From positions 10,082 to 74,081 of the forward strand of contig CAXMQS010000088.1 of the NCBI GenBank assembly GCA_964195995.1: a stretch of DNA of 64,000 nucleotides. Reading direction: 5' to 3'. Position 1 is the first letter of the stretch; each line of letters begins with the position of its first letter. A program made the position numbers and the translations under genes. Source of the stretch: an uncultured Acidimicrobiia bacterium. Its GTDB lineage: Bacteria > Actinomycetota > Acidimicrobiia > Spongiisociales > JAOTWH01. Positions 1 to 9,973 of the stretch are shown here, piece after piece. The notes below the pieces were generated by a model. It made no database searches, was not told where the DNA came from, and worked only from the letters and a program-made list of their open reading frames with translations.

Positions 1-1130
1 TCGAATCGGACCTCCAGCGACGTCCCCGCTTCGACCCGGCGACCCTGGTGGGTAAGGGAAAGACGGAGGAGTTGGCCAGCCTCGTGAAGGCGCTCGACAT
101 CGACGTCGTCGTTTTCGACCACGGGCTCTCGCCTAGCCAGCAGCGCAACCTGCAGGAGGCCCTCGGCGTCGATGTTGTAGACCGCGAGGCGGTCATCCTC
201 GACATCTTCGCCCAACACGCCTCGAGTAGAGCGGGCATGCTCCAGGTAGAGCTGGCCCTGCTCCACTACCGCCTGCCGCGACTTCGGGGCAAGGGAGTCG
301 AAATGAGCCGTCTCGGCGGCGGCATAGGGACCCGCGGGCCGGGCGAAACCAAGCTGGAGACGGACAGGCGGCGAATCACAGAACGGATCCGTGCCCTAGA
401 GAAGGAGCTGGAACACCTGAGCACCGTTAGGGCAACCCAGCGCAAGGCCAGGGAACGCGCCACGTCGCCCGAGCTGGCACTCGTCGGATACACCAACGCC
501 GGCAAGTCCACCCTGCTCAATCAGCTGACAGACGCCGGCGTCCTCACCGAGGATCGGCTCTTCTCGACCCTCGACTCGACGGTGAGGCGCTTCGACCTGC
601 CGGGAGGACAGGAGGTGCTGCTCGCCGACACGGTCGGATTCGTACAGAGGCTCCCCCACCACCTTGTCGAGGCGTTTCGGTCGACGCTCGATGAGGCCGT
701 CCACGCCGACCTGCTCATCCATCTGGTCGATGGCTCGACGGCACAGGCAGAGCAACAGATCGAAGCAGTTCGTCAGGTCCTCGCAGAGATAGGTGCCGGC
801 GAGATCCCCGAGCTCCTGGTGCTCAACAAGGGCGATATAGCCGAGGCAGAGGTCTACAACCGGCTTCGTCTGCTGCACCCCGAGGCGGTACCGATCTCAG
901 CGCTCAGCGGGGACGGAATGGAGGGGCTCTTCGAGGCAGTCGTGAAGAAGCTGGCAGAGGCGACCACCGAGATCGAGCTCTTCGTGCCATACGCCCGCGG
1001 GGATGCCATGGCCGCCCTGCATCGGCGCGGCGAGGTGCTGAGCGAGACCCACAACGACGACGGGACAGTGGTTAGAGTGCGGCTCCCCCACGATGTCGTA
1101 GAGGAGTTCGCCGACCTCCAGCGAGGCTGA
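1..1130 (+). CDS. hflX: GTPase HflX (5' end cut by window edge)
   Basis: The frame stays open from base 3 (..QRRPRFDPATLVGKGKTEEL), so the GTG at 48 is internal. G-domain motifs GYTNAGKST, DTVGF and NKGD are present. Confidence 0.9.
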   Translation, partial: ESDLQRRPRFDPATLVGKGKTEELASLVKALDIDVVVFDHGLSPSQQRNLQEALGVDVVDREAVILDIFAQHASSRAGMLQVELALLHYRLPRLRGKGVEMSRLGGGIGTRGPGETKLETDRRRITERIRALEKELEHLSTVRATQRKARERATSPELALVGYTNAGKSTLLNQLTDAGVLTEDRLFSTLDSTVRRFDLPGGQEVLLADTVGFVQRLPHHLVEAFRSTLDEAVHADLLIHLVDGSTAQAEQQIEAVRQVLAEIGAGEIPELLVLNKGDIAEAEVYNRLRLLHPEAVPISALSGDGMEGLFEAVVKKLAEATTEIELFVPYARGDAMAALHRRGEVLSETHNDDGTVVRVRLPHDVVEEFADLQRG

Positions 1131-1171
1131 ATTACCTCAACCTGCCAGGTCGATAGCCCGATATACCTAGG

Positions 1172-4099
1172 ATGCGAGGGACTCGCGGGAGCATTGCTCC
1201 CGTACAACCCGAGCGGATATTCGTCCGCTTGACCCTCTGGGCCGGCCTCATCGGCGGCCCATGGTTCATCGTCCTCGGCCCGCTCAGCGGTGAGAGCGGT
1301 TACATGACCCTTTCCGGGTCGTGTTTCCTGGTAGCGCTCCTCGCGTGGCGCCAGCTGGCGACGAATCGCCTACGCCCCGGACTCATCGCCACTGCCGCCG
1401 CCACCCTCATGGTGTTGCAGCTTCCGTTCTTCCCCGAAGCCGAAGCAGTTGCGCAGACGATTCCGTTTGGTGTTGCCGGGTTCGGAGTCATCGCCAGCCC
1501 CTTCGTGCGAAAGAGAGCCTTCCCCTTCTATGCCCTGTACATGGGTGCCATGTACATGACTCAGCTGTACTGGACACCGGTTAGGACCAATACGGTCGTC
1601 AGCCTTGGCTTCGAGGTTGCCCTGTTCACGCTGATCTCAGTGGCCCTCCGCTTCATCTCAGGAGCCTCGGAGAAGAACAACCTGCGCTACCGCCACCTCT
1701 TCGAACGAGTGCCGACATCGATCTGGCTGGAGGACTTCTCAGAGGTCGCTGCCGTCATGAACGAGTGGAAACGGGCCGGCGTGCGCGACATCGAGGCCTT
1801 CCTGGAGGAGAACCCTGTCGAATTCGATCGGGCGATCTCCAAGATCACCGTGACCGACGTCAACCCTGCCACCGTCCGGCTGCTAAACGCCCCGGATCGC
1901 TCCAGCGTTCTCGGAACCCTCGACCCTCGCACCATCATCGAAGACACGCGCTCCTCGTTCGCGGCCATTCTCACGGCGATCTGGAACGACCAGGACACCG
2001 TCAAAACCGACGTCGTGGGGACGACAATCGACGGCAGACCGCTAGAAGCAGTACTTCGGATGCTGGCGCCGCGCGACGAGATGGGTCGGCTGCAACTAGA
2101 GGATGTGGTCGTATCGATGGCAGATGTCACCGACCTCAAGGCGACCCAGCGCCAGCTGGAACGCGCCAAGACCGCAGCAGAGGCGGCGTCGATCACCAAG
2201 TCGGAGTTCCTCGCCAACATGAGCCATGAGATTCGCACCCCGATGAACGCCATCCTTGGCATGACGGAACTGGCACTGGTCACGGACATGACGCCGGAGC
2301 AGCGTGAGTATCTCGGCATGACGAAGTCCTCAGTCGACGCACTGCTCACCCTCGTCAACGACATCCTTGACTTCTCGAAGATCGAGGCCGGCAAGATGCA
2401 ACTCGACAACGTCGCCTTCAGCGTGCGCGACAGCATCGGCGACACCATCCGCACTCTGGCAGTGAAGGCCGCCGAGAAGGGGCTGGCGCTGACTCACGAG
2501 ATCGTTGGAGATATTCCGGAGGGGTTGCAGGGCGACCCCGGCCGCCTTCGCCAGATACTCATCAACCTCATCGGGAACGCATTGAAGTTCACTCACGTCG
2601 GCGGTGTTGCCGTCACCGTTACCGCTGATGACATGGGCGGCGACGAGACCATGCTCCATTTCTCGGTTGCAGACACCGGGATCGGGATTCCGGACGACCA
2701 ACAGGACGCCATCTTCGACACGTTCGCCCAGGCGGACGGATCTGCCACTCGTCGCTACGGCGGGACCGGGCTCGGATTGTCCATCACCGCACAACTCGTT
2801 GAGATGATGGGTGGCCGTACCTGGGTGGAGAGCGAGGTAGGGGCTGGAAGCATATTTCACTTCACAGCGCGTTTCGGGATAGTCGACGACTCGACCGTTT
2901 CGGTGGCGACAACAGACCTCTCCCGAACGAAGGTGCTAACTGTTGCCGACCGGAGCCGGCAGCGTGCCCTCGTCGAGATGTTACGTCAGGGAGGCATGCA
3001 TCCCATCTCAGTACACGCTGCTGCCGATGCTTTGGATCTGCTCGACGATCTAAGCGAGACCGAGCAACCCGAAGTCATCGTTGCCGAGGTGGATGACTCT
3101 TCGGGTGTCTCGTCGCGGCTCATCGATGCAGGACTCCCCATCATCATGCTGGCGGATCCCGGAAGACGCGGCGACGCCGGCCGCTTCCACAAGATGGGGG
3201 TAGCTGCATACTTGACGAATCCAGTGTCACACTCGGATCTCCTCGACACCATCCGAACCGCGGTGGCGGGCACCGCCGGAGGTGCGCTGATCACTCGCCA
3301 CTGGCTCCGCGAGCACCGCAAACACTTTCGGGTCCTCGTTGCCGACGACAGCCCGACCAACCGCATGCTGGCGATGCGCCTCCTCGAGAACGGAGGCCAC
3401 GAGGTCACTTCCGTCGATGACGGCTCTCAGGCCGTCGAGGCACTCGAAAGCAACCTCTACGACGTTGTGCTGATGGACGTCCAGATGCCCGTTATGGATG
3501 GCTTCGAAGCAACCGCGGAGATCCGCCAGCGTGAAAGCATGAGCGGCAAGCACATCCCCATCATCGCGTTGACGGCGCATGCCATGGATGGTGATCGCCA
3601 GCGATGCCTCGACGCCGGGATGGACGCCTATGTTTCCAAGCCCTTCCGGAGCGCCGAACTGTTTGCCACCATCGAGCAGCTAGTCGTCGTAGCCGGAGAG
3701 GCTCCGCAAATGGACATCATCGACCACGAGGACTACGAAGATTCGGGCCCCGCTATCGATCGTCGTGAGTTGATGGAATCCGTGGGTGGCATGCCTGACC
3801 TTCTCCGCGAGATCGTGAACCTGGTCATCGAAGAGATCCCACCGATCGCGGCAGAGATTCCACCGGCCATCGACAGCCCTGACCTCGAAGTCGTCGCCCG
3901 TCGCGCCCACCGCATCAAGGGCAGCGTCGGCAGCGTCGCCGCCAGGAGGGCTTACCTCGCGGCGAGCAACCTCGAGCAATGTGCAGATGCCGGAGACCCC
4001 GCCGCGGTGGCTGTGGCGTGGGACACCCTGAGTCGTGAGCTCAAAATCATGGAAGCCGAGCTCTACGAACTGCGCGCTCCACCTGTCCTCTACGAATAG
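1172..4099 (+). CDS. hybrid sensor histidine kinase (membrane N-terminus, PAS-like, HisKA, HATPase_c, pseudo-receiver, receiver, HPt)
   Basis: Hydrophobic first ~170 aa. H-box SHEIRTPMNAILGM; N/G boxes NLIGNALKFT, DTGIGI, GGTGLGLSI. True receiver RVLVADDSPTNR..LMDVQMPVMDG..YVSKPF. HPt motif AHRIKGS. Confidence 0.9.
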   Translation: MRGTRGSIAPVQPERIFVRLTLWAGLIGGPWFIVLGPLSGESGYMTLSGSCFLVALLAWRQLATNRLRPGLIATAAATLMVLQLPFFPEAEAVAQTIPFGVAGFGVIASPFVRKRAFPFYALYMGAMYMTQLYWTPVRTNTVVSLGFEVALFTLISVALRFISGASEKNNLRYRHLFERVPTSIWLEDFSEVAAVMNEWKRAGVRDIEAFLEENPVEFDRAISKITVTDVNPATVRLLNAPDRSSVLGTLDPRTIIEDTRSSFAAILTAIWNDQDTVKTDVVGTTIDGRPLEAVLRMLAPRDEMGRLQLEDVVVSMADVTDLKATQRQLERAKTAAEAASITKSEFLANMSHEIRTPMNAILGMTELALVTDMTPEQREYLGMTKSSVDALLTLVNDILDFSKIEAGKMQLDNVAFSVRDSIGDTIRTLAVKAAEKGLALTHEIVGDIPEGLQGDPGRLRQILINLIGNALKFTHVGGVAVTVTADDMGGDETMLHFSVADTGIGIPDDQQDAIFDTFAQADGSATRRYGGTGLGLSITAQLVEMMGGRTWVESEVGAGSIFHFTARFGIVDDSTVSVATTDLSRTKVLTVADRSRQRALVEMLRQGGMHPISVHAAADALDLLDDLSETEQPEVIVAEVDDSSGVSSRLIDAGLPIIMLADPGRRGDAGRFHKMGVAAYLTNPVSHSDLLDTIRTAVAGTAGGALITRHWLREHRKHFRVLVADDSPTNRMLAMRLLENGGHEVTSVDDGSQAVEALESNLYDVVLMDVQMPVMDGFEATAEIRQRESMSGKHIPIIALTAHAMDGDRQRCLDAGMDAYVSKPFRSAELFATIEQLVVVAGEAPQMDIIDHEDYEDSGPAIDRRELMESVGGMPDLLREIVNLVIEEIPPIAAEIPPAIDSPDLEVVARRAHRIKGSVGSVAARRAYLAASNLEQCADAGDPAAVAVAWDTLSRELKIMEAELYELRAPPVLYE

Positions 4100-5292
4100 C
4101 GCCGCAGCTCTCTTCTGGCCACCGACCGCTTATGCACCTCGTCCGGCCCGTCAGCGATACGCAGCGTTCTGGCGTGCGCATAGAGCGCAGCCAACGGTGT
4201 GTCATCGGAGACGCCGGCACCACCGTGGGCCTGTATCGACTTGTCGATGACCCATGTTGCCATCTCGGGGGCGGCGACTTTGATGGCCGAGATCTCGATC
4301 CGGGCTCCCTTGCTGCCAACGGTGTCCATAAGCCATGCCGTCTTCAGGACTAGCAAACGCACCTGCTCGATCCTGACACGAGACTCGGCTATCCAGTCCT
4401 GAACAACGCCCTGATCCGCTATGGGGCCTCCGAACGCCTCCCGAGCGAGCACCCGTGTGCACATCAGGTCGAAGGCCCGCTCTGCCATTCCGATGAGCCG
4501 CATGCAGTGGTGAATCCTCCCGGGACCCAGCCGCGCCTGAGCGATGGCGAAACCGCCACCTTGTTCCCCCAGCAGGTTGTCAACCGGTACCCGCACGTCG
4601 GTGAACGAGAGCTCGGGGTGGCCGCCCCTCTCGTGGTAGCCGAACACCGGGACCCGTCTCACCACCTCGACGCCCTGCGTATCGAGCGGAACCAGGATCA
4701 TCGACTGCCTGTGGTAGGTGTCGGCGTCGGGATCCGTCACTCCCATCACGATGGCGATCTTGCAGCGGGGTGAAGCAGCGCCGCTCGACCACCACTTGCG
4801 TCCGTTGATCACGTACTCGTCCCCGTCGCGCTCAACGCTGGTCCGGATGTTGCGAGCATCCGAAGAGGCGACGTCGGGCTCTGTCATCGAAAAGCACGAC
4901 CTGATCTCTGCGTCAAGCAGCGGTTGCAGCCACTGTTCCTGCTGGAGTGGCGTGCCGAACTCGGCGAGGATCTCCATGTTCCCGGTATCTGGCGCGGCAC
5001 AGTTGAGGGCCTCGGGGGCCAGCCATGGACTGCGGCCCGTGATCTCGGCGAGTGGCGCGTATCCGAGGTTGCTCAGCCCAGCGCCCCGCCCCCCGGGCAG
5101 GAAGAGGTTCCATAGGCCGCGGCCTCTCGCCTCAGTCTTCAGGTCCTCGAGAACGGGCGGGTGAAAGTCGGGGTCGCCTGCGTCTTCCATCTGCCTGGCA
5201 TAGAGGGCCTCAGCCGGGTAGACGAACTCGGACATGAACGTCTCGAGCCGATCGATCAACTCGAGGATGGCTGGTGAGTGTTGAAAATCCAT
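4090..5292 (-). CDS. acyl-CoA dehydrogenase, ACAD10/11 (FadE2)-like
   Basis: MDFQHSPAILELIDRLETFMSEFVYPAE.. is an N-terminus typical of the ACAD10/11-like clade, with ACAD middle and C-terminal regions. Start moved to ATG 5292, which leaves a 4-nt gap to the upstream ADH gene. Confidence 0.85.
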   Translation of the reverse strand: MDFQHSPAILELIDRLETFMSEFVYPAEALYARQMEDAGDPDFHPPVLEDLKTEARGRGLWNLFLPGGRGAGLSNLGYAPLAEITGRSPWLAPEALNCAAPDTGNMEILAEFGTPLQQEQWLQPLLDAEIRSCFSMTEPDVASSDARNIRTSVERDGDEYVINGRKWWSSGAASPRCKIAIVMGVTDPDADTYHRQSMILVPLDTQGVEVVRRVPVFGYHERGGHPELSFTDVRVPVDNLLGEQGGGFAIAQARLGPGRIHHCMRLIGMAERAFDLMCTRVLAREAFGGPIADQGVVQDWIAESRVRIEQVRLLVLKTAWLMDTVGSKGARIEISAIKVAAPEMATWVIDKSIQAHGGAGVSDDTPLAALYAHARTLRIADGPDEVHKRSVARRELRRYS

Positions 5293-5296
5293 CAGC

Positions 5297-6313
5297 TCAT
5301 ACTTCCACAATCGTCCGCACATCGTCGCCCCAAGAGGCCAATCGATCCAGCGTCTCGTTGATGGTTACCGCTCCCAGGGGAATCGTTCGCGAGATCAGGG
5401 AGTCAATGTCAAGCGAGCCGGCTTCGGCCAGGGCCAGTAACTGCGGAATCTCCGAGGCCAGGTGGTCACTGCTGCCGATGAGCTGCCTCTCTCCGATGAC
5501 GAGGTCCGCGTACGGCCCCACCGCCAATGACTCTGCGGTGAGCCCGACCGCGACCGCTCTCCCCATCGGCGCCAGAACGTCGAGGGCGCTTCGCATCACT
5601 GCAGCGGATCCAACCAGATCGAGGGCGATGTCTGCCCCTTCCTCGACGACATCTCTGATCGCTGTCTCCGGGTCCTGCCCCGGATCCACCGCGGTAGCTC
5701 CAAAGGACTCGGCGAGACGACGCTTGGAAGGATTCGGATCGACCGCAACTACATGGCCACCCATGGAGCCGGCAAGCTGAATGGCAGATTGGCCGAGGCC
5801 GCCGGCTCCGAACACCACGACGATCGAGTCTTCGGCGATGCGCCCGACCGTCAACGCGTGGAAGACCGTCGCGGTCGAACACATCATCACGGCGGCGGCG
5901 GCGGTGCTCACTGCGTCGGGAATCTCGAAGGCGTTGCGGGCCGGGACGACGATGGTGTCGGCGAAGCCGCCGTCCAGCTCCTTGCCAAGCATCTGCCCCG
6001 TCTCGCAGAACTGCTCGAACCCACTTGCGCAGTGCCGACATTCTCCGCAGGACACGAGATAGTGAAGGCAGACCCGGGTACCCACATCAAGGGCTGCTCC
6101 AGCGCCCGCCGCCGCGATGGTTCCGGCGATCTCGTGACCAAGAGTGCGAGGTAGCGAGCGCAGAGCAGGGAAACCTGATCGATAGTGCAGGTCGGACCTA
6201 CACACTCCGGCAGCCTCAATGCGCACAGCGACCTCGCTGCTAGCCGGCTCTTGGACCGTCAGCTCGATGTCTTCGAGGGGGGCACCCGGCGTGACCAGCT
6301 GGACTGCGCGCAT
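5297..6313 (-). CDS. zinc-dependent alcohol dehydrogenase family oxidoreductase
   Basis: MRAVQL.. start. Motifs GVCRSDLH, GHEIAG, the structural-Zn Cys cluster CGECRHC and the Rossmann motif VFGAGGLG. Confidence 0.85.
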   Translation of the reverse strand: MRAVQLVTPGAPLEDIELTVQEPASSEVAVRIEAAGVCRSDLHYRSGFPALRSLPRTLGHEIAGTIAAAGAGAALDVGTRVCLHYLVSCGECRHCASGFEQFCETGQMLGKELDGGFADTIVVPARNAFEIPDAVSTAAAAVMMCSTATVFHALTVGRIAEDSIVVVFGAGGLGQSAIQLAGSMGGHVVAVDPNPSKRRLAESFGATAVDPGQDPETAIRDVVEEGADIALDLVGSAAVMRSALDVLAPMGRAVAVGLTAESLAVGPYADLVIGERQLIGSSDHLASEIPQLLALAEAGSLDIDSLISRTIPLGAVTINETLDRLASWGDDVRTIVEV

Positions 6314-6399
6314 ACCCGACACGCTAGGACGCCACACCGACCTCGAATCAATTCATCAAAGAAAACCTCCTGGATGCCGATGCCATAGGCGGAGGTTCT

Positions 6400-7614
6400 T
6401 TGGACCACGAAGCACTTGAATTGAAGCTGAAGCGCGCGAAGGTCGAGCGCGACGCTGCGCAAGCGCTTGCAGAAGCGAGTTCCGACCTGGTGGCGCACGT
6501 CAGCCATGACATGCGGGCGCCGCTCAACGGCATCCTCGGCATGGCCCAGTTGCTGCTTGAAGGAGAGCTCGACGCAGAGCAGCGAGAGTTCGCCGAGCTC
6601 ATCAACAGCTCGGGAGAAGCCCTGCTGACTCTCATCAACGACCTCCTCGACCACTCCAAGATCGAGGCAGGCAAGCTGTCGATCGACAGCGTCGCCTTCG
6701 ATCTGCAGCACGCTGTGAGCGACACAGTCCGCGCCCTTGAGCTTCCTGCTGGAGCAAAGGGACTGTCGTTGACCCTGCACTCGGGGAGCGACGTGCCCAC
6801 GATGGTCGCCGGGGATCCGGGGCGCATTAGGCAGATCCTCTTCAACCTCATCGGAAACGCCATCAAATTCACCCACGAAGGATCGATCTCGGTTTCCATC
6901 GGTGTCGATGAGATCCGTGAGGGAGAGGTCGTCCTGCGTTTCAGCGTCGCAGACACCGGAATCGGCATGACGGCAGAACAGGCCGCAGCCATCTTCCGTC
7001 CATTCGAACAGGCCGACGCCAACGTGTTCCGCTCCTACGGCGGCACCGGCCTTGGGTTAGCCATCAGTCGTCGGCTTGCCGACATGATGGACGGACAGAT
7101 GTGGGTTGAATCGACGCCAGACGCCGGCTCCACGTTCTGGTTCACCGTCACGCTGAGTACGAAGGAGCCTGCGGCGATGACGGAAAGCGGTCTCCCGGCC
7201 GCCCGCGATCAGCTCGAGGTTGTGCTCGTTACAGACTCGCAGCGCCGAGCCGTCGTCAACGGCCTGGAGGGCGCCAGGGTCCGCGTGATTCGGGTTTCAG
7301 ATGCGTCCAAGTCGCCATCGGCGCTCGGCAAAGCCATTGCCGAGCGCCCGGCACACGTCGTGGTCCTCGACTTCCGCGATGAAGGCCTGCGGGCTCCTCA
7401 GACCTCGCTTCCTGCTGCCGGCAACGCCAAGACCATCGTGTTGACACCTGCTGGTCAGCGTGGCGACGCTGCCCGCTGTCGTGAGCTTGGCATAAGTGCC
7501 TACCTCACTGGGAGCGTTACCAGCCGTGATATCAGTGGCGCCGTCGACGCCATCGTCGGTGGGGTGCCTGCTCTCATCACTCGCCACTGGCTGCGAGAGC
7601 AGGCTCAGAGGTAG
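6400..7614 (+). CDS. soluble histidine kinase with C-terminal pseudo-receiver (no sensor domain)
   Basis: TTG start 4 nt after GGAGG (6391-6395). H-box SHDMRAPLNGILGM; HATPase boxes NLIGNAIKFT, DTGIGM, GGTGLGLAI. The tail is paralogous to the mid-region of the 975-aa kinase and ends ALITRHWLRE. Confidence 0.8.
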   Translation: MDHEALELKLKRAKVERDAAQALAEASSDLVAHVSHDMRAPLNGILGMAQLLLEGELDAEQREFAELINSSGEALLTLINDLLDHSKIEAGKLSIDSVAFDLQHAVSDTVRALELPAGAKGLSLTLHSGSDVPTMVAGDPGRIRQILFNLIGNAIKFTHEGSISVSIGVDEIREGEVVLRFSVADTGIGMTAEQAAAIFRPFEQADANVFRSYGGTGLGLAISRRLADMMDGQMWVESTPDAGSTFWFTVTLSTKEPAAMTESGLPAARDQLEVVLVTDSQRRAVVNGLEGARVRVIRVSDASKSPSALGKAIAERPAHVVVLDFRDEGLRAPQTSLPAAGNAKTIVLTPAGQRGDAARCRELGISAYLTGSVTSRDISGAVDAIVGGVPALITRHWLREQAQR

Positions 7615-8933
7615 TCGGTGACCTCCGGATGCTGCGGCTCCGGATCGGGATCACTCGGCGTCTCAACCTTGAGTCGACGAGCCTCGGCGAGTGGCACCAA
7701 CAGCCCGCTGATGTACACGAGCTGAGCCAACAAAGCGCCGACGCCTGCGAGCGCCAGGCCGAACCCAACGGGAATGCTGATCACCACCGGGAGCAAAGCG
7801 CCCAGAACCCATGCTGATTGGAAAATGGTCTCGGAAACGGTGAAGGCGTGCCCTCGATCCTCCGGTGTCACGGTCGACTGCAGGAGACCGTCGTAACCGA
7901 ACTTGGCAGTCCCCCAAGCCAGGCCGGCGGCACCCGCCAGAGCGACTGCGGCGGGAAGACCGAAGATCTGCGCGGCAACGAAGGCTGCCGCTGCCTCCAC
8001 CGCGAGCGAAGCGACGACCATCGGCTCCTCACGCAGGTGTCTTTCTAACCACGGTGACGTCAGCGAGGCGATGAAGAACCCGAAACCGGCACCGGCGAGC
8101 ATGGCTCCGAAGTCGGCAACAGGCGCATCCACGTCGCGGAACGCGAACGCAACCAGCATCAGCAGGTACCCGTTCAGAAAGCGCACGCCCGCGGTCGCCA
8201 CCCGCGCCAACCGAACGCCCCGCGGTGCAGGAGCCCGCCGCCTCCAGCCGCCGACCACTTGATCCGAAGGGACTTCCGGCAGCTGCACCCCCGCCACAGT
8301 GGCTGCGGCGAACAGGACCGAGGCCACGGCGATGGCCAGCCAGGGCGCGATAGCGACGAGCCCCACTCCAAGGAGGGCCACCGCGGCCGTGGTCAGAATG
8401 CCGATTCGAGCGAGGCGAGCGTTGGCCGAGACCAACTCGACAGGATTGTCGATAACAACGGGCATGAGACTGCCTCGACCTATGCCGTGGACACGACTGG
8501 AGATGAGCAAGAGAAAGGCCAGCGGGAACAACCAGATCGAGTCGAGGCCGGTGATCAGCAAGCCGAAGGCAACGAGGGTTCGTGCCGCGGTGCTGAGGAT
8601 GATGCCTGCGCGGTACGCCGTCGGAAAACGCAGGAAGAGCCGGGTGAGGAGCGGTCCGATCACCGTGAACGGCGCCAGCGTCAACAGCAGATAGAGCGCC
8701 ATCTTGTCTCTGGCTTCTGCCGATGGGACCTGAAAGAAGAGGGAACCGGCCAGTGACATCGTGATCAGAGTGTCACCGGCAACGGCTGCGGAGTGGGACT
8801 CGGCCAACCGCCGGAACCTCTCTCCCTTGGAAGTGAACTGGGCACCGGCCGACTGCAGGGCGCGCTTGGAGCCACGGCCGACGGCACCTCGGAACGACTT
8901 CCCGCGAGTCGGCTTGCCCGGATTGGTTTCCAT
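7605..8933 (-). CDS. MFS-type membrane transporter
   Basis: ~12 hydrophobic segments after a basic cytoplasmic N-terminus. The 3' end overlaps the convergent kinase by 10 nt. Confidence 0.7.
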   Translation of the reverse strand: METNPGKPTRGKSFRGAVGRGSKRALQSAGAQFTSKGERFRRLAESHSAAVAGDTLITMSLAGSLFFQVPSAEARDKMALYLLLTLAPFTVIGPLLTRLFLRFPTAYRAGIILSTAARTLVAFGLLITGLDSIWLFPLAFLLLISSRVHGIGRGSLMPVVIDNPVELVSANARLARIGILTTAAVALLGVGLVAIAPWLAIAVASVLFAAATVAGVQLPEVPSDQVVGGWRRRAPAPRGVRLARVATAGVRFLNGYLLMLVAFAFRDVDAPVADFGAMLAGAGFGFFIASLTSPWLERHLREEPMVVASLAVEAAAAFVAAQIFGLPAAVALAGAAGLAWGTAKFGYDGLLQSTVTPEDRGHAFTVSETIFQSAWVLGALLPVVISIPVGFGLALAGVGALLAQLVYISGLLVPLAEARRLKVETPSDPDPEPQHPEVTDYL

Positions 8934-8950
8934 ACGCGTGATGAACCTCG

Positions 8951-9973
8951 CTAGGCGCTGAGGGTATTTCGGGCTTCGGCCGCCAGCGGCGGTACGAGAT
9001 CGCCAAGCTCCGCAAAGCGCTGATCGGCTGTCTGACCGTCAACATATCTCGCGTAGATCTGTTCGATGATGACGGCTATGCGAAAGTAGGCGAGCCCTAC
9101 ATAGAACGCGAGGTCGGAGAGGTCGAGACCGGTGGCTGAGGCGTAGCGCGCCGCCGCGTCCTCGGGTCGCAGGTAGGGAGAGAGCTCCGCGGCACTTGAT
9201 CCGAGCAAGGTGGGCGACTCGGAGTCGGCCCAGTAGGCAAGGGCAGTTCCCAGATCGACCAACGGGTCGCCGAGCGTTGACATATCCCAGTCGAAGACCG
9301 ACGTCACGGCGCCGTCGGGACCCAACATCGTGTTGTCCAGCTTGAAGTCGTTGTGCAACAGGACCGCCCGTTGCGGATCGGGAGCGACGCCAAGCGCTCC
9401 GGCGGCCGCGTCCATGTCTGCCAGCTCCCTGGTCTTGGCGCGGTGCCATCGATCTACCCACCCTGCGATCTGGCGACCAACGAAACCGTCCGGCCTGCCG
9501 TGGTCGTCCAGGCCAATCTCCGCGAAATCAACCTCGTGAAGTTCTGCCAGCGAGTCGATGAGGCTCGATGCCGCCAGCCGTCGTTTTGCGGTCTCGGCGA
9601 ACGGCCACGTCTCTCTCACGACCACGCCATGGCGTCGCTCCATCACGAAGAACGGCTTCCCCATGACGGCAACGTCTTGACAGAGCGCCACAGCTCGCGG
9701 CGCCTTCGGGTAGAGCTGCCATAGTCGAGACAGCACTCGATGCTCCCTGCTCATGTCGTGGCTTGCGGGGGCGACCTCCCCGAGGGGCGGGCGACGCAGC
9801 ACCAGCTCCCTTCCGGCAGCGTCGCGGGCTAGGTAAGTCAGATTCGCCTTGCCCCCAGGGAACTGCTCGAAGACGAATGGAGGTTCCAGATCGGCGACCT
9901 CGATTGACAAGAATGCGGCGACCGCGTCCTCGTCGAAGCCCTCCTCGGGACGAATAGGCGCAGTGTCCGTCAT
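8951..9973 (-). CDS. phosphotransferase (APH/choline-kinase-like) family protein
   Basis: Start at MTDTAPIRPEE (its ATG overlaps the ctaB stop as ATGA). Catalytic loop LLHNDFKLDN and DWD motif. Confidence 0.8.
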   Translation of the reverse strand: MTDTAPIRPEEGFDEDAVAAFLSIEVADLEPPFVFEQFPGGKANLTYLARDAAGRELVLRRPPLGEVAPASHDMSREHRVLSRLWQLYPKAPRAVALCQDVAVMGKPFFVMERRHGVVVRETWPFAETAKRRLAASSLIDSLAELHEVDFAEIGLDDHGRPDGFVGRQIAGWVDRWHRAKTRELADMDAAAGALGVAPDPQRAVLLHNDFKLDNTMLGPDGAVTSVFDWDMSTLGDPLVDLGTALAYWADSESPTLLGSSAAELSPYLRPEDAAARYASATGLDLSDLAFYVGLAYFRIAVIIEQIYARYVDGQTADQRFAELGDLVPPLAAEARNTLSA

